From the IMG/VR virus record IMGVR_UViG_637000105_000004: DNA of 51,153 nucleotides; one strand, given 5' to 3'. The number at the start of each line of letters is the position of its first letter. Within the stretch, counting starts at the first letter, position 1. The notes under the pieces are model-generated. The model did not search any database and was not told the origin of the DNA. It saw only the letters and a list, made by a program, of their open reading frames with translations. Origin of the DNA: a virus. Taxonomy: Duplodnaviria > Heunggongvirae > Uroviricota > Caudoviricetes. Positions 20,266-35,795 of the stretch are shown here, in pieces. The translations under genes were made by a program, and so were the position numbers.

Positions 20266-20661
20266 TCACATTTCATAGGTAATGACATAAGTCAGATCGG
20301 CTGAACTCCACAGGCCCGCATCATCGTCGCGCCGGTAGTCATAGCCACTGGCCACCATACTGGTGATCAAATCTGACAGTGCCGGGATATCGCTCATCAC
20401 CGGATAAATCCGGGACTCCATCCACGCATCCAGCTCTGAATCCGGCACATGAGCAGGCAGGAAAACTTCGATATGCAGCTCCGCCTGCCAGGTATCGCTG
20501 TCCAGCTCTTCGCCCGTGTATTCAGCGCCGGTGAGATAAACGGCAACTGCCGGAAAATCCGCCTCATCAAAAACAGCGGGGCGACCATCAAAAAACGTCG
20601 CCCCGGTGTCATGCCTCTCCAGTGCATCCAGTACGGCTGCACGGATATCAGTATGTTTCAT
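20266..20661 (-). CDS. U: Tail terminator protein U (131 aa)
   Basis: Size and position as lambda gpU. Confidence 0.9.
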   Translation of the reverse strand: MKHTDIRAAVLDALERHDTGATFFDGRPAVFDEADFPAVAVYLTGAEYTGEELDSDTWQAELHIEVFLPAHVPDSELDAWMESRIYPVMSDIPALSDLITSMVASGYDYRRDDDAGLWSSADLTYVITYEM

Positions 20662-21236
20662 CGCTTTATTACCATCCTAAGTTGATGCTGCAGCGCATAG
20701 CCCAGCTCTTTCGGAAGACGTTCACGCCGTATCTGCTCAATATTCTGTTTAAACGCCGTGGTCAGCGGCACCGCCATCGGGATTTTCACCACATCAATGG
20801 GGTAACGGTTTTTCCCGGCCACACGCTGCATGACATGCCACCGGCCATTTTTCAGTTGCTGAATAAACGCGCCGGGAATACGACGGTTTCCCACCACAAG
20901 CACGCTGCCGCCACCTTTCAGGGATGAACGCTGCCCCTTTTTACGACGCCTGCGTCGGGACAGGACAACCCGCGCGTTACCCAGCTTTATTACGGGCAAA
21001 TCCCCCCGGTTAACCTTGATTCTGGCCTGCGGATTTTTGACCGTGGCCCTTTTCAGCCTGGCCCTTTCCTTTACCAGTTTCCGGCGTACCTTTGTCTCAC
21101 GGGCAACCTGTGACGCCGACTGCGATATCGCGGATGAAGCAACGCGGTTAATGGCCATTGCGGCGGCACCGGGCACCGCCGTTCTGCTGATACGGCTGAG
21201 GTTTTCAACGGCCTGCTCAAGACCTTTTATGGCCAT
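20658..21236 (-). CDS. Z: Tail completion protein Z (192 aa)
   Basis: Size and position as lambda gpZ. Confidence 0.9.
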   Translation of the reverse strand: MAIKGLEQAVENLSRISRTAVPGAAAMAINRVASSAISQSASQVARETKVRRKLVKERARLKRATVKNPQARIKVNRGDLPVIKLGNARVVLSRRRRRKKGQRSSLKGGGSVLVVGNRRIPGAFIQQLKNGRWHVMQRVAGKNRYPIDVVKIPMAVPLTTAFKQNIEQIRRERLPKELGYALQHQLRMVIKR

Positions 21237-21247
21237 ACATCCCCCTT

Positions 21248-21601
21248 TCAGCGGCGACGGTTAACGGCAGGCGGTACGCCCCGACCAAGCCAGAGATGAC
21301 AGCTTCCGCCATCATCCGGCGAAATCCGGTCTATCCAGAAGTTTTCCTCACCGATGATCAGCGTGTCGCCGCGCCGCAGCTGCCGCACATCATCAGTCCG
21401 GACAAACAGGGACGGGCTGGAGCCTTCAACGCGCACGCCCTGTCCGGCATAGCTGATATTTTCAGGGTCATCAAAAACACCACGTATCACAGCACCGGAC
21501 TGCTCACCGGATGTCATGGTGGCTGACGTTCCCATGTACCCGCGTATCGTTTCATCGGCGCAGGCAATGGCAGCATCGAACAGGTTATCGAAATCAGCCA
21601 C
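21248..21601 (-). CDS. FII: Head-tail joining protein FII (117 aa)
   Basis: Size and position as lambda gpFII. Confidence 0.9.
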   Translation of the reverse strand: MADFDNLFDAAIACADETIRGYMGTSATMTSGEQSGAVIRGVFDDPENISYAGQGVRVEGSSPSLFVRTDDVRQLRRGDTLIIGEENFWIDRISPDDGGSCHLWLGRGVPPAVNRRR

Positions 21602-21612
21602 AGCGCCTCCCG

Positions 21613-22008
21613 TTATTGCATTCTGGCCAGGCCGCGCTCTGTCATTTCAGCTGCCACACCGGCAGAGACACGGAACGCCGTTCCCGGCAGCACAAATGCC
21701 ACAGCCTCATCCCGCGTGGCGTGAAGTGCATCAGTATGCAGCGTCACCAGTGCCACAACCGTGACCAGATCAGCCGTATCAGTCACGGTATCCGGCTGCG
21801 CTGATACAACCTCATTTTCATGTCCGGTCAGCACATTTTCCGGGCTGAGAGGGGTATCCTGACCGGCAGTGTCGCCCGTGTCATCAAGCTCTTCTTCCAG
21901 CTCTGCCACACGGAGCGCCAGTTCTTCTTTCGTCCCCGTCAGGCTGATATCACGGTTCAGTTGTTCACCCAGCGAGCGGAGACGGGCAATCAGTTCATCT
22001 TTCGTCAT
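21613..22008 (-). CDS. FI: DNA packaging protein FI (about 131 aa)
   Basis: From MTKDELIARLRSLGEQLNRD; lambda FI-like. Confidence 0.88.
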   Translation of the reverse strand: MTKDELIARLRSLGEQLNRDISLTGTKEELALRVAELEEELDDTGDTAGQDTPLSPENVLTGHENEVVSAQPDTVTDTADLVTVVALVTLHTDALHATRDEAVAFVLPGTAFRVSAGVAAEMTERGLARMQ

Positions 22009-22049
22009 GGACTCCTCCACAGAGAGAAAATGGCCCCGAAGGGCCATGA

Positions 22050-23075
22050 TTACGCCAGTTGTACGGACACGAACGCATCAGGGTCAGCCAGCAGCATCAG
22101 CGGTGCTGACTGAATCATGGTGAACTCACGCGCCGGATCGCCGGTGGTCACCCAGTTTTTCGGGTAGCGGGCAGAGGCGTTAATACCTTCGCGCTGTGCG
22201 TCCGCATCCTGAATGCAGCCATAGGTGCGCAGACCGCGTGCCTGAGTGTTCCCCAGCACCATCGTGTTGTCCGGCAGGAAGTTCTTTTTGACGTCGTTTT
22301 CCACGTACTGTCCGGAATACACGACGATCGCCGTATCGCCATACATCCCCTTATAGGACACCGCTTCGCCCAGGTCTTTTACCGCTGTCTCCAGCTCGGA
22401 ATTAGAGCCGCGACGGGTATCCAGCTTCTCCTTGACGGCTTTGAAGGAACGGAACAGCGCCCAGCCTTTCGGATCAAACACGATGATATTCACCACGCCG
22501 CTGGCGTTCAGCGCGTAGGCTTCGATATCGTCGGTCGGGTCATACGTGGACTTGTCACGCTTGCTCCACTCCGTACCACCGGACTGTGTGATGTTGTTCG
22601 CCGCACTGCGGCCCATATCCACTTCAACCGGATCGAAGGCTTCACCGGTCATGGTGTATTTGCCCTTAAGCACGGCAGAAACTGCCTGCATCTCTTCGAC
22701 CTGAGCAATGGCCAGCTCTTCGTCTCGCATGTTCTGCATGATGATGCGACGGCGGCGGTAAGCCGGGTCCGCCAGATTCTGTGGATCTTCATCCGGCAGG
22801 CGACGCAGGGTCATCTGCGGATTCACCTCATGCTTGGGTTTGACATATCCCGGTGTAAATTCAGAGGTGGAGCCGCCACGGGATCGGATAACCTCACCGG
22901 AAACAATCGGCGAAACGTACAGCGCCATGTTTACCAGTCCCGGAATTTGTGAGAGATAGACTTTCTCCGTGGTGAAGGGATAGCTCTCACGGAAAAAGAG
23001 ACGCAGAAACAGCGGATCAAACTTAAATTTCTTCTCATTTGCCGCCAGCAGCTGGGCGGTTGTGTACATCGACAT
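22050..23075 (-). CDS. E: Major capsid protein E (341 aa)
   Basis: Same length as lambda gpE; position after D. Confidence 0.94.
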   Translation of the reverse strand: MSMYTTAQLLAANEKKFKFDPLFLRLFFRESYPFTTEKVYLSQIPGLVNMALYVSPIVSGEVIRSRGGSTSEFTPGYVKPKHEVNPQMTLRRLPDEDPQNLADPAYRRRRIIMQNMRDEELAIAQVEEMQAVSAVLKGKYTMTGEAFDPVEVDMGRSAANNITQSGGTEWSKRDKSTYDPTDDIEAYALNASGVVNIIVFDPKGWALFRSFKAVKEKLDTRRGSNSELETAVKDLGEAVSYKGMYGDTAIVVYSGQYVENDVKKNFLPDNTMVLGNTQARGLRTYGCIQDADAQREGINASARYPKNWVTTGDPAREFTMIQSAPLMLLADPDAFVSVQLA

Positions 23076-23129
23076 AAAAAAATCCCGTAAAAAAGCCGCA
23101 CAGGCGGCCTTTAGTGATGAAGGGTAAGG

Positions 23130-23462
23130 TTAAACGATGCTGATTGCCGTTCCGGCAAACGCGGTCCGTTTTTTCGTCTCGTCGCTGGCAGCCTCCGGCC
23201 AGAGCACATCCTCATAACGGAACGTGCCTGACTTGTAGAACGTCAGCGTGGTGCTGGTCTGGTCAGCATCAACCGCCAGAATGCCAACGGCAGCACCGTC
23301 GGTAGTGCCATCCCACGCAACCAGCTTACGGGTGGAGGTGTCCAGCATCAGCGGGGTCATTGCAGGCGCTTTCGCACTCAATCCGCCGGGCGCGGTTGCC
23401 GTATGTGCCGGGTCACTGTTGCCCAGCGGCTGGTAATGGGTAAAGGTTTCTTTGCTCGTCAT
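23130..23462 (-). CDS. D: Capsid decoration protein D (110 aa)
   Basis: From [27 protein letters not shown]; lambda gpD-like. Confidence 0.93.
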   Translation of the reverse strand: MTSKETFTHYQPLGNSDPAHTATAPGGLSAKAPAMTPLMLDTSTRKLVAWDGTTDGAAVGILAVDADQTSTTLTFYKSGTFRYEDVLWPEAASDETKKRTAFAGTAISIV

Positions 23463-23471
23463 AAACATCCC

Positions 23472-24771
23472 TTACACTGGTGTGTTCAGCAAATCGTTAA
23501 CGGCATCAGATGCCGGGTTACCTGCAGCCAGCGGAGCCGGTGCCCCCTGCATCAGACGATCCAGCGCAGTGTCACTGCGCGCCTGTGCACTCTGTGGTGC
23601 TGCGGCCAGAATGCGGCGGGCCGTTTCCACGGTCATACCGGGGGTTTCTGCCAGAACGCGCGCCTGTTCTTCGCGTCCGTGAGCCTCCTCACAGTTGAGG
23701 ATCCCCATAATGCGGCTGTTTTCTGCCGCAACCGCTGCGGTGATCTGCGCGTTCACGTCCGGTTGCGCCGCGCTGGCGTTTTCGCCCTCCGTCGCTGGCA
23801 CCACGTCAGTAACGTCAGCCTGCGAAGCAGTGGCTGAAACAGTTGTTGATTGAGTCTCTTTGGTCATTCGCCCTCCTGAGAGACGGGATTTACGTGCATC
23901 CAGTGCATCACGCATAACGGTGATCGCATCGGTGCTGTTGACAAGTTCATCAGCCAGTCCGGCATCAATGGCCTCCTGACCGCTGTACACTGCAGCCTCG
24001 GTATCCAGCACAGCCTGCACGGACAGGCCGGTATATGCCGACACCTTCTGCGCAAACATCTGGCGGGTTGCATCCATCCGGGACTGCAGTGTCTCCCGGA
24101 CGTCATCCGGAAGATGGCTGTAGGGGTTGCCATCCACCTTATGGCTGCCGCTGTAAATCAGCGTGATTTCCACGCCCTGTTTCTCCAGCGCAGCACCGTA
24201 ATTACTGTGAGCCATCATGACGCCGATGGAGCCTGTCCGGGCGGTCTGCGTGACCAGACGCCGGGAGGCGGCGCTGGCAAGCAGCTGCCCTGCACTGCAG
24301 TTCATGTCATTGGCCAGCGCCCATACCGGCTTTATGTCACGCACACGGGCGATGATGTCAGCGCAGTCAAATGCCCCTGCCACCATTCCGCCGGGCGTGT
24401 CCATATCGAGCAGAATGCCGTCCACCATCGGGTCGCTGGCAGCCTGTTGCAGACGGGCGATAATGCCGTTGTAACCGGTCATTCCCGAATACGGCTGCAG
24501 CGCCCGCGTCCGGCTGACCAGCGTGCCGGACACCGGCAGCACGGCGATGCCGTTCATGACCTGATAACTGCGGGTCTGTCGTGGGCCGTCATCATCACCG
24601 GATAATGCCAGCGTCGCGAGTGCCTCCTGGGCAGTCAGGCTGTCGCCGGACACCGCATCCGTCAGGCGGCTGATCCCAAGCTGGCCTGCAAGCGCACAAA
24701 AGAAAACCCGCGCATAGGCGGGTTCAAGCATCAGCGGCTCATTAAAGGCCATGCTGGCAATATGCGGGAGA

Positions 24772-24791
<20 letters not shown>
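23472..24791 (-). CDS. C: Prohead protease / scaffold C (439 aa), with Nu3 scaffold nested in frame in the 3' third
   Basis: From VTAELRNLPHIASMAFNEPLMLEP (likely GTG start); ClpP-like fold region; overlaps B by 20 bp as in lambda. Confidence 0.88.
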
Positions 24792-28472
<3,681 letters not shown>

Positions 28473-28498
<26 letters not shown>

Positions 28499-29018
28499 TC
28501 AGCAACCCCGGTATCAGTTCATCCAGCGCGGCTGCTTTGTTCATGGCTTTGATGATATCCCGTTTCAGGAAATCAATATGCCGGTTATCCAGCTCAGGAA
28601 AACGTCGCTGCACCGACAGAGGAATACCGTCGAGAATACTGGATATTTCCCTTGCTATACGCGACAGCACGAAAGTACAGAATGCGGTTTCCACCACTTC
28701 AGCCGATTCTTTGGCATTTTTCAGTTCCTGCGCCGTCGCCTGAGCACGGGTCAGGCGATGGCGCTCAAATTCAAGTGTTCCGGGGTGAAGATCTGCCTCG
28801 CTGGCCAGCCGCAGTTCTTCAACCTCCCGGCGCAGCTTTTCGTTCTCAATTTCAGCATCCCTTTCGGCATACCATTTTATGACGGCGGCAGAATCATAAA
28901 GCACCTCATTACCCTTGCCACCGCCTCGCAGAACGGGCATTCCCTGCTCCTGCCAGTTCTGAATGGTACGGATACTCGCACCGAAAATATCAGCCAGCTG
29001 CTTTTTGTTGACTTCCAT
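28473..29018 (-). CDS. Nu1: Terminase small subunit Nu1 (181 aa)
   Basis: Translation MEVNKKQLADIFGASIRTIQNWQEQGMPVLRGGGKGNEVLYD matches lambda Nu1 from memory. Confidence 0.95.
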
Positions 29019-29260
29019 TGTTCATTCCACGGACAAAAACAGAGAAAGGAAACGACAGAGGCCAAAAAGCCCGTTTTCAGCACCTGTCGTTTCCTTTCTT
29101 TTCAGGGGGTGTTTTAAATAAAAACATTAGGTTACGGCGAAGAAGAACGGAAACGCCTTAAACCGGAAAATTTTCATAAATAGTGAAAAACCGCGAGGTC
29201 GCCGCCCCGTAACCTGTCGGATCGCCGGAAAGGACCCGAAAAATGATAATAATTATCATC
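29019..29260 (-). other. cos site (cosB, cosN, cosQ); cosN 12-nt cohesive end at 29196-29207
   Basis: Reverse complement of 29100-29207 reads GGGCGGCGACCTCGCGGTTTTTCACTATTTATGAAAATTTTCCGGTTTAAGGCGTTTCCGTTCTTCTTCGCCGTAAC, near-identical to the lambda left end from memory. Confidence 0.9.
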
Positions 29261-29406
29261 TACATATCACAACGTGCGTGTACGCCATCAAACCACGTCA
29301 AATAATCAATTATGACGCAGGTATCGTATTAATTGATCCGCATCAACTTAACGTAAAAACAACTTCAGACAATACAAATCAGCAACACAGAATACGGGAC
29401 AACCTC

Positions 29407-29601
29407 ATGTCAACGAAGAACAGAACCCGCAGAACAACAACCCGCAACATCCGCTTTCCTAACCAAATGATTGAACAAATTAACATCGCTCTTGATCAAA
29501 AAGGGTCCGGGAATTTCTCAGCCTGGGTCATTGAAGCCTGCCGTCGGAGACTAACGTCAGAAAAGAGAGCATATACATCAATCAAAAGTGATGAAGAATG
29601 A
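29407..29601 (+). CDS. Lambda right-end orf-64-like protein (ribbon-helix-helix-like, YlcI/DUF3950-like, 64 aa)
   Basis: MSTKNRTRRTTTRNIRFPNQMIEQINIALDQKGSGNFSAWVIEACRRRL; same position relative to cos as in lambda. Confidence 0.6.
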   Translation: MSTKNRTRRTTTRNIRFPNQMIEQINIALDQKGSGNFSAWVIEACRRRLTSEKRAYTSIKSDEE

Positions 29602-29851
29602 ATATCCCGGTTTCTTTACCTCCCCTCCCACCCCGCACAGGACTGGCGAGCGTGTGGGACAAATATGTGAGTCATAAACGCCTTATCCTCAGAAATGCAG
29701 TTGGCATCCGAACAGGACGATATTGTAAATTCACCTAATTACGAGGCATTGCAGTAGTTGAATTGTAGTTCTGTATTAGCCTGACAGTGACAGAATGCGA
29801 TATTGACTCTGTCACAGGTGAAATAGTTTGAATGGTTAGCAGTTATGGTGA

Positions 29852-30058
29852 TCAGTCAACCACCAAGGAATAATCCTTCGAATTCTTATCGTGCTTCACC
29901 AACGCTGCCTCAATTGCCCTGAATGCTTCCAGAGACACTTGATGTTCTATACATGCAATTACAACATCCGGGTAACCCATCGAAATGGTGCTATTAAGCA
30001 TAGTTTTTACACGAACCTGCTCCTGGGAGGGGGCATCAGTGTATTGATCTTTATGCAT
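29852..30058 (-). CDS. Lambda right-end small protein (p78-like, 68 aa)
   Basis: ORF in conserved block adjacent to cos; resembles lambda right-end ORF from memory. Confidence 0.5.
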   Translation of the reverse strand: MHKDQYTDAPSQEQVRVKTMLNSTISMGYPDVVIACIEHQVSLEAFRAIEAALVKHDKNSKDYSLVVD

Positions 30059-30353
30059 TTTGTCGCTCCATGCGTTTGCTCTTCACTTGCGGCTAAAAAT
30101 ATAACGTCAAATCACTCAGCATGAAAGAGTGAAAGTTTCAGCGCGTTTCCCTTACATAATCTGTCATTTGTATTCTCTTCAGGTATACCGGAAAGACTAG
30201 GTATTGTCACACAACCAATACCATCGACAATCGAGATTTATATCTATTCGGTAATGTTTAAATATAACAAAACCCCGTAAAAACGAGGTTTATGGGTAAT
30301 TTGTATTGTTGAATAGCATCTGATGAGAAATTGATGCTAATACTATAAACATA

Positions 30354-30527
30354 CTAGATTAAATCAATCTTGATATCATAGCTTTCAAGACCAGTCATTT
30401 TTTCCCGTGCAGTAAACTGGATACTGGTAACTTCTTTCCCGGTCTTTTTCTTAAGCTCAATGATTTTTTTTGTTATATATTCAGAAATATCTGCTTCTGT
30501 TTTTGTTTTTAACTCTTCAATGTTCAT
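30354..30527 (-). CDS. gnsB: GnsA/GnsB-family protein (57 aa)
   Basis: MNIEELKTKTEADISEYITKKIIELKKKTGKEVTSIQFTAREKMTGLESYDIKIDLI closely resembles GnsA/GnsB from memory. Confidence 0.8.
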   Translation of the reverse strand: MNIEELKTKTEADISEYITKKIIELKKKTGKEVTSIQFTAREKMTGLESYDIKIDLI

Positions 30528-30699
30528 CATTTCCTCTTTTAGTCTGTTATGACTGTCCTGGTACACAGTAGTGTCAATTATATGGAGCAAACGTATAAAA
30601 GATAAGATGAAACATCGCAATAATCAACATACGACGGTCTAAATTTCACACAAACAGATAAAGATGATTATCATTTATTATCAATGCATTAGAATCAAA

Positions 30700-30930
30700 T
30701 CAATTCAAGAGTCTCATTGCTGCTTCCAGAATTTCTTCTGAAGTTACATGTCGATCCGCTGCTACATAAATGACTTTATGATCTCCGGTCAGAGATGGAA
30801 ACCCTGCAGCCATTACAGTGAGGTGTGTTGTTTCGCCATTTGGATATTCACGCATGATGGTGTTAACTCCGGTCATCACTGGCACTACCATTGCTGGTTC
30901 AGAGTTAAAAAAAACTATTATTTTTTTCAT
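30700..30930 (-). CDS. Hypothetical small protein (possibly YnfN-like)
   Basis: ORF between gnsB and cspI; probable start MKKIIVFF; the longer 30700-30969 ORF is an alternative. Confidence 0.45.
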   Translation of the reverse strand: MKKIIVFFNSEPAMVVPVMTGVNTIMREYPNGETTHLTVMAAGFPSLTGDHKVIYVAADRHVTSEEILEAAMRLLN

Positions 30931-31201
30931 AATGTTACCGTAATATGTGAGTATCCATCGACTAGACACTAAGCAAAAAAGCTCCCGAAGGAGCCTTCAT
31001 TTTCACTTTCTTAAATCTAACGACAGATGGCTAACATTTAAGTATTGTGAAATATTATCAAATGTAATCATCATTGATTTACAAAAGATACATTTTGCCC
31101 CGAAAGGATTTCTGTCAGAAACATCAAAAGATGATGTTCTATACTGAGAACCATGGCAACACGGGCATCTAAAGTGAATATGGTTTGTAATATTTTCTAC
31201 C

Positions 31202-31414
31202 TCAAAGTGCCACTACATGAACAGCTGCAGGGCCTTTAGGTCCGTTCTCAATACCAAATTCGACTTCCTGATTCTCAGTTAACGTTTTGAAATCGTTGCT
31301 CTGAATAGCTGAGAAATGCACAAACACATCTTTGCTACCATCTTTCGGCGTGATGAAACCAAAACCTTTTTCAGGGTTAAACCATTTCACTAAACCAGTC
31401 ATTTTGTTAGACAT
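31202..31414 (-). CDS. cspI: Cold shock protein, CspA family (CspI-like, 70 aa)
   Basis: [38 protein letters not shown] with RNP1/RNP2 motifs. Confidence 0.9.
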   Translation of the reverse strand: MSNKMTGLVKWFNPEKGFGFITPKDGSKDVFVHFSAIQSNDFKTLTENQEVEFGIENGPKGPAAVHVVAL

Positions 31415-31778
31415 CATTATTACCTTTTGAAGAAGTTAGCCCTTGGGCAGAATGGTCCGAAAAAAAATATCAGAGAGAAAAACCAACAAGAAAATCTCAA
31501 GAGGTACAAATAATAAAATTATAACAATGACTGCTTCAGATAATTTTGTAACAAACCAGAACACCATTAACGCATGATTAACCAACCATAGCAAGGATTA
31601 CTTTTGTAAAGAAAAACACACGAATGAAACAATAGCTTTATTTATTAATAAAACGTGTCATTCTGTCTAATGACCTTTTATCTTACCCTTAAGATTTCAA
31701 GGATTTTGACTCATGGAAGAGTCCTTTTTATTTAAATTTCACATTCAAGCGCTAAAAATAATCCGATTTAATATTAAT

Positions 31779-32806
<1,028 letters not shown>

Positions 32807-32919
32807 GGATATTTATCAGGATTTATCGGCTTCAAATCCCCGGATATGTTAAATCTTACCTCACCAGTGATGGGCACTGGCGGGAGGAGGATGTCAATCT
32901 GATAAACACAGAGGTGACT

Positions 32920-33180
32920 ATGGATTACACAAATCTACCAAAACAAACTTTTGCTGATTTAATCGCACTCAGGCAAGCAGTCGTAGCTCTAATCAACTTG
33001 TTGCCGGAGAAGGAAAAGGAATTAGTTAAAGCGCTTCTTAACAGAACTGCCGCCGATTTTTCATCATATCCACTGACAGATGACCTTGCGGACCTTCCTG
33101 AATTAATTGCAGCGTCCGCCATTAAGCTTACTGAAGAGATTTACCCTCCTCAAAAATCTTCACAAAATTCCTGCGAGTAA
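32920..33180 (+). CDS. Hypothetical protein (86 aa) on the opposite strand within the lysis cassette
   Basis: GAGGTGA Shine-Dalgarno 4-5 nt upstream of ATG; helical-looking translation; 3' end overlaps the convergent 33128-33679 gene by about 50 bp. Confidence 0.4.
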   Translation: MDYTNLPKQTFADLIALRQAVVALINLLPEKEKELVKALLNRTAADFSSYPLTDDLADLPELIAASAIKLTEEIYPPQKSSQNSCE

Positions 33181-33679
33181 CTTCAATGCAATAATCGTAA
33201 AACGCCGCAAACTGCTCATCGCGGCGTTTTTTTTCATCTTCAGAAGGGATCAGCACCGACAATTTTTTATTCAGATCAGCGACGCTGCCCTCCAGTTTTT
33301 CAATGGGCGATTCAATATCATCTTTTTCTGACCGCAATGCCGTCGGTGGCGTCTTCAGAGAACCAGTAATTCTTCCCGGTAGCTTTCCTTTGTAGGTTAT
33401 CCACACATTCTGCGCCTCTAAAATTATGGGGCGCTTTTCCGGCGACTGCTCATCCCCTACACATAACCCGGCAGCAACATCCAGGAATACCTGTCTGATT
33501 CTCATTCTGGCTGCTGCCTCATAAAACTCCAGCGCGGCACCTTCAACACGGTCCAGCGAGATGTCCAGGTCAAAAATTTCACCGTCAAAGCGTTTTTTGT
33601 CCCGTAAGGCTACAGTTACCGCCACTTTATTCTCAAAATTGCGGACTCCTTTCACAACCAGTTCATAGTCTTGTGTCAT
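33128..33679 (-). CDS. Hypothetical protein between holin and endolysin (YdfR/DUF1327-like N-terminus, about 183 aa)
   Basis: ORF starting MTQDYELVVKG immediately after holin stop; N-terminal half resembles Qin YdfR from memory, with a C-terminal extension. Confidence 0.6.
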   Translation of the reverse strand: MTQDYELVVKGVRNFENKVAVTVALRDKKRFDGEIFDLDISLDRVEGAALEFYEAAARMRIRQVFLDVAAGLCVGDEQSPEKRPIILEAQNVWITYKGKLPGRITGSLKTPPTALRSEKDDIESPIEKLEGSVADLNKKLSVLIPSEDEKKRRDEQFAAFYDYCIEVTRRNFVKIFEEGKSLQ

Positions 33680-33683
33680 TGGA

Positions 33684-33899
33684 TTACTCTCTTCTCGCAA
33701 CCTTACGCCTGTCTTCTTTAATCTTGAAATAAAGGTTTGTCAGATACGTCAGCAGGCCAAAAACCAGACTACCCAGCACACCGATTGCAGCCCACTGTGA
33801 CGGAGTTACTTTATCGAGTAACTGCAATGCCCAGAAACCAGCATTACCAGCCGATGTGCCATAGGCGATACCTGTTGTTAACTTATCCATTGATTTCAT
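33684..33899 (-). CDS. Phage-21-type pinholin S (71 aa) with dual-start motif
   Basis: [28 protein letters not shown]...[15 protein letters not shown] resembles S21; Met1-Lys-Ser-Met4 gives antiholin and holin starts. Confidence 0.88.
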   Translation of the reverse strand: MKSMDKLTTGIAYGTSAGNAGFWALQLLDKVTPSQWAAIGVLGSLVFGLLTYLTNLYFKIKEDRRKVARRE

Positions 33900-34117
33900 A
33901 TCCTCACCCCGATGTACACAGATGGTGCAATATGTTTGAAAAGATCGGAGTCTATGGGTTAGTTTTTATAGCAAACGTTGTTCTCAACGGCGCTAAAAAA
34001 CAGACACATTAAAAATGTGGGTAATTATTTTAAAAGAAAATCATATATTAAATAATAATACGAGATATGTTTTCATATTTAGTGTACTGTATACGGCCAT
34101 TTATACAGGAAAAGCCT

Positions 34118-34288
34118 ATGTCAGAACGTAAAGACTCAAAATCACGCCGTAATTATCTCGTTAAATGTTCCTGCCCAAACTGCACCCAAGAGTCAGAACA
34201 CAGTTTTTCAAGAGTACAAAAAGGTGCCCTTTTGATCTGCCCTCATTGCAACAAAGTATTCCAGACAAATCTTAAAGCTGTAGCTTGA
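34118..34288 (+). CDS. Small C4 zinc-ribbon protein (56 aa, YnfQ/YmcF-like)
   Basis: AGGAAAA Shine-Dalgarno; CxxC...CxxC motifs (CSCPNC, CPHC). Confidence 0.55.
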   Translation: MSERKDSKSRRNYLVKCSCPNCTQESEHSFSRVQKGALLICPHCNKVFQTNLKAVA

Positions 34289-34651
34289 TTGATTTTATTC
34301 GTAACAAGTATTTTTTATATTTTAATAACATATTTAAAGCAGATAATAAAAAACCCGCCTGAGCGGGTTTAATATTGTGGTACTTTTTGTGGGAGTCATC
34401 CACTTACGCACTTTGTTTTGCTATGCCAGCAGTTAGCTTCTGCTGTAAAACTATTCATGCAGCAAACCTGCACTTCACCACAATGGTTAGCATACTTTTC
34501 CTGATTAAGTTATTGCCAAATATGCTGGCCATTGTTTCATGTATTGGACCTCCTTACTATTTATTAAAGAGATCCAATATTCACCACTCTGTCTGTATCT
34601 CCACTCAGGCATCAGCCTTCTTCGTTATCGTATACAGACAAACTATGAATT

Positions 34652-34867
34652 TTAATCAGTAATTATGACATTTGCTGCTGCAGGACCTTTAGCACCACTC
34701 TCTACAGAGAAGGTAACCTTTTGACCTTCAAATAAGGTTCGAAAATTATCATTCTGAATCGCAGAAAAATGCACAAACACATCTTTACTACCATCAACAG
34801 GAGAAATAAAGCCAAAACCTTTATCAGCGTTAAACCATTTTACTAAACCAGTCATTTTATTTGACAT
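34652..34867 (-). CDS. cspB: Cold shock protein, CspA family (CspB-like, 71 aa)
   Basis: [42 protein letters not shown]... Confidence 0.9.
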   Translation of the reverse strand: MSNKMTGLVKWFNADKGFGFISPVDGSKDVFVHFSAIQNDNFRTLFEGQKVTFSVESGAKGPAAANVIITD

Positions 34868-35167
34868 TCTACATTCCTTAACTTGAGCCTTTCGGCATAA
34901 ATGGCTTGTATAACAGAAACGACTTCGTACTTAATTGGAGAGACTCAAAGAAGGAATAAGTGAATAACACCTGAAATGAGAACTGCTTTAGTAAACTACT
35001 TCGTATATCGTCTGTTCTTCAAACCGACGCAATCATTAACGCATAGTTGAACATATGAAGCAATGTTTATTTTAGACATCCAGCCATCTTCAACCCCATC
35101 AAAAAACTATAGCTTTCTTCAGGAACGTGTGTATAGTGCGCCCAGTTATCAGTATTAAGGAATTTTT

Positions 35168-35380
35168 TTGTCCCGTAAAATGACAGGAATTGTCAAAACC
35201 TTTGACGGCAAAAGCGGCAAGGGTCTTATCACCCCATCCGATGGTCGTATCGATGTCCAGCTTCATGTTTCAGCGCTCAATCTCCGCGATGCAGAAGAAA
35301 TTACCACCGGATTACGCGTGGAATTTTGCCGGATAAATGGTCTGCGTGGCCCTTCAGCTGCCAATGTTTACCTTTCATGA
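35168..35380 (+). CDS. cspF: Cold shock protein family member (CspF/CspH-like, 70 aa)
   Basis: [38 protein letters not shown]; divergent Csp paralog. Confidence 0.85.
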
Positions 35381-35654
35381 GCTATATTAAAGCTTTAATT
35401 TCAGGCCCCATCGAATCAAACATGGAGAGTTTTCATGAATAACCCCGTCTGTCTTGATGACTGGTTGATTGGCTTTAAAAGCTTATGCTGTACTTTGACC
35501 GTAATAGCTCTGCTAATAATGTAATATGCAGACTCATTGTATCTAGGGACATAGTACTGGAAGAAAACATTTTAAACATCAGGCAAAGTCACCCGATAAA
35601 TAATAAGTAAACAAACATGAATCCCGGAATGAGATTCAACATCTCTATTACCCT

Positions 35655-35690
35655 ATTTAAAGCACAAAAACCCGCTCATCAGCGGGTTTT
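35655..35690 (-). terminator. Putative tR'-like terminator downstream of the late promoter region
   Basis: Minus strand cccgctgatgagcggg hairpin followed by tttttgtgcttt, about 110-140 nt downstream of the Q gene end. Confidence 0.5.
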
Positions 35691-35795
35691 CTACTTTTTC
35701 TTAACGTCGGGTATATAAAGCCCATCGTTGAAAAAATTTTATCCATATTTTTTGAAAAATGCAAGCATTACGTCGCCATCTTCGGCGAAAATCAT

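Noticed and set aside
29891-30124. 77-aa plus-strand ORF near cos
   Set aside because: Overlaps the minus-strand lambda right-end ORF (29852-30058), which is in a block co-linear with the lambda right end; the plus-strand frame lacks an RBS.
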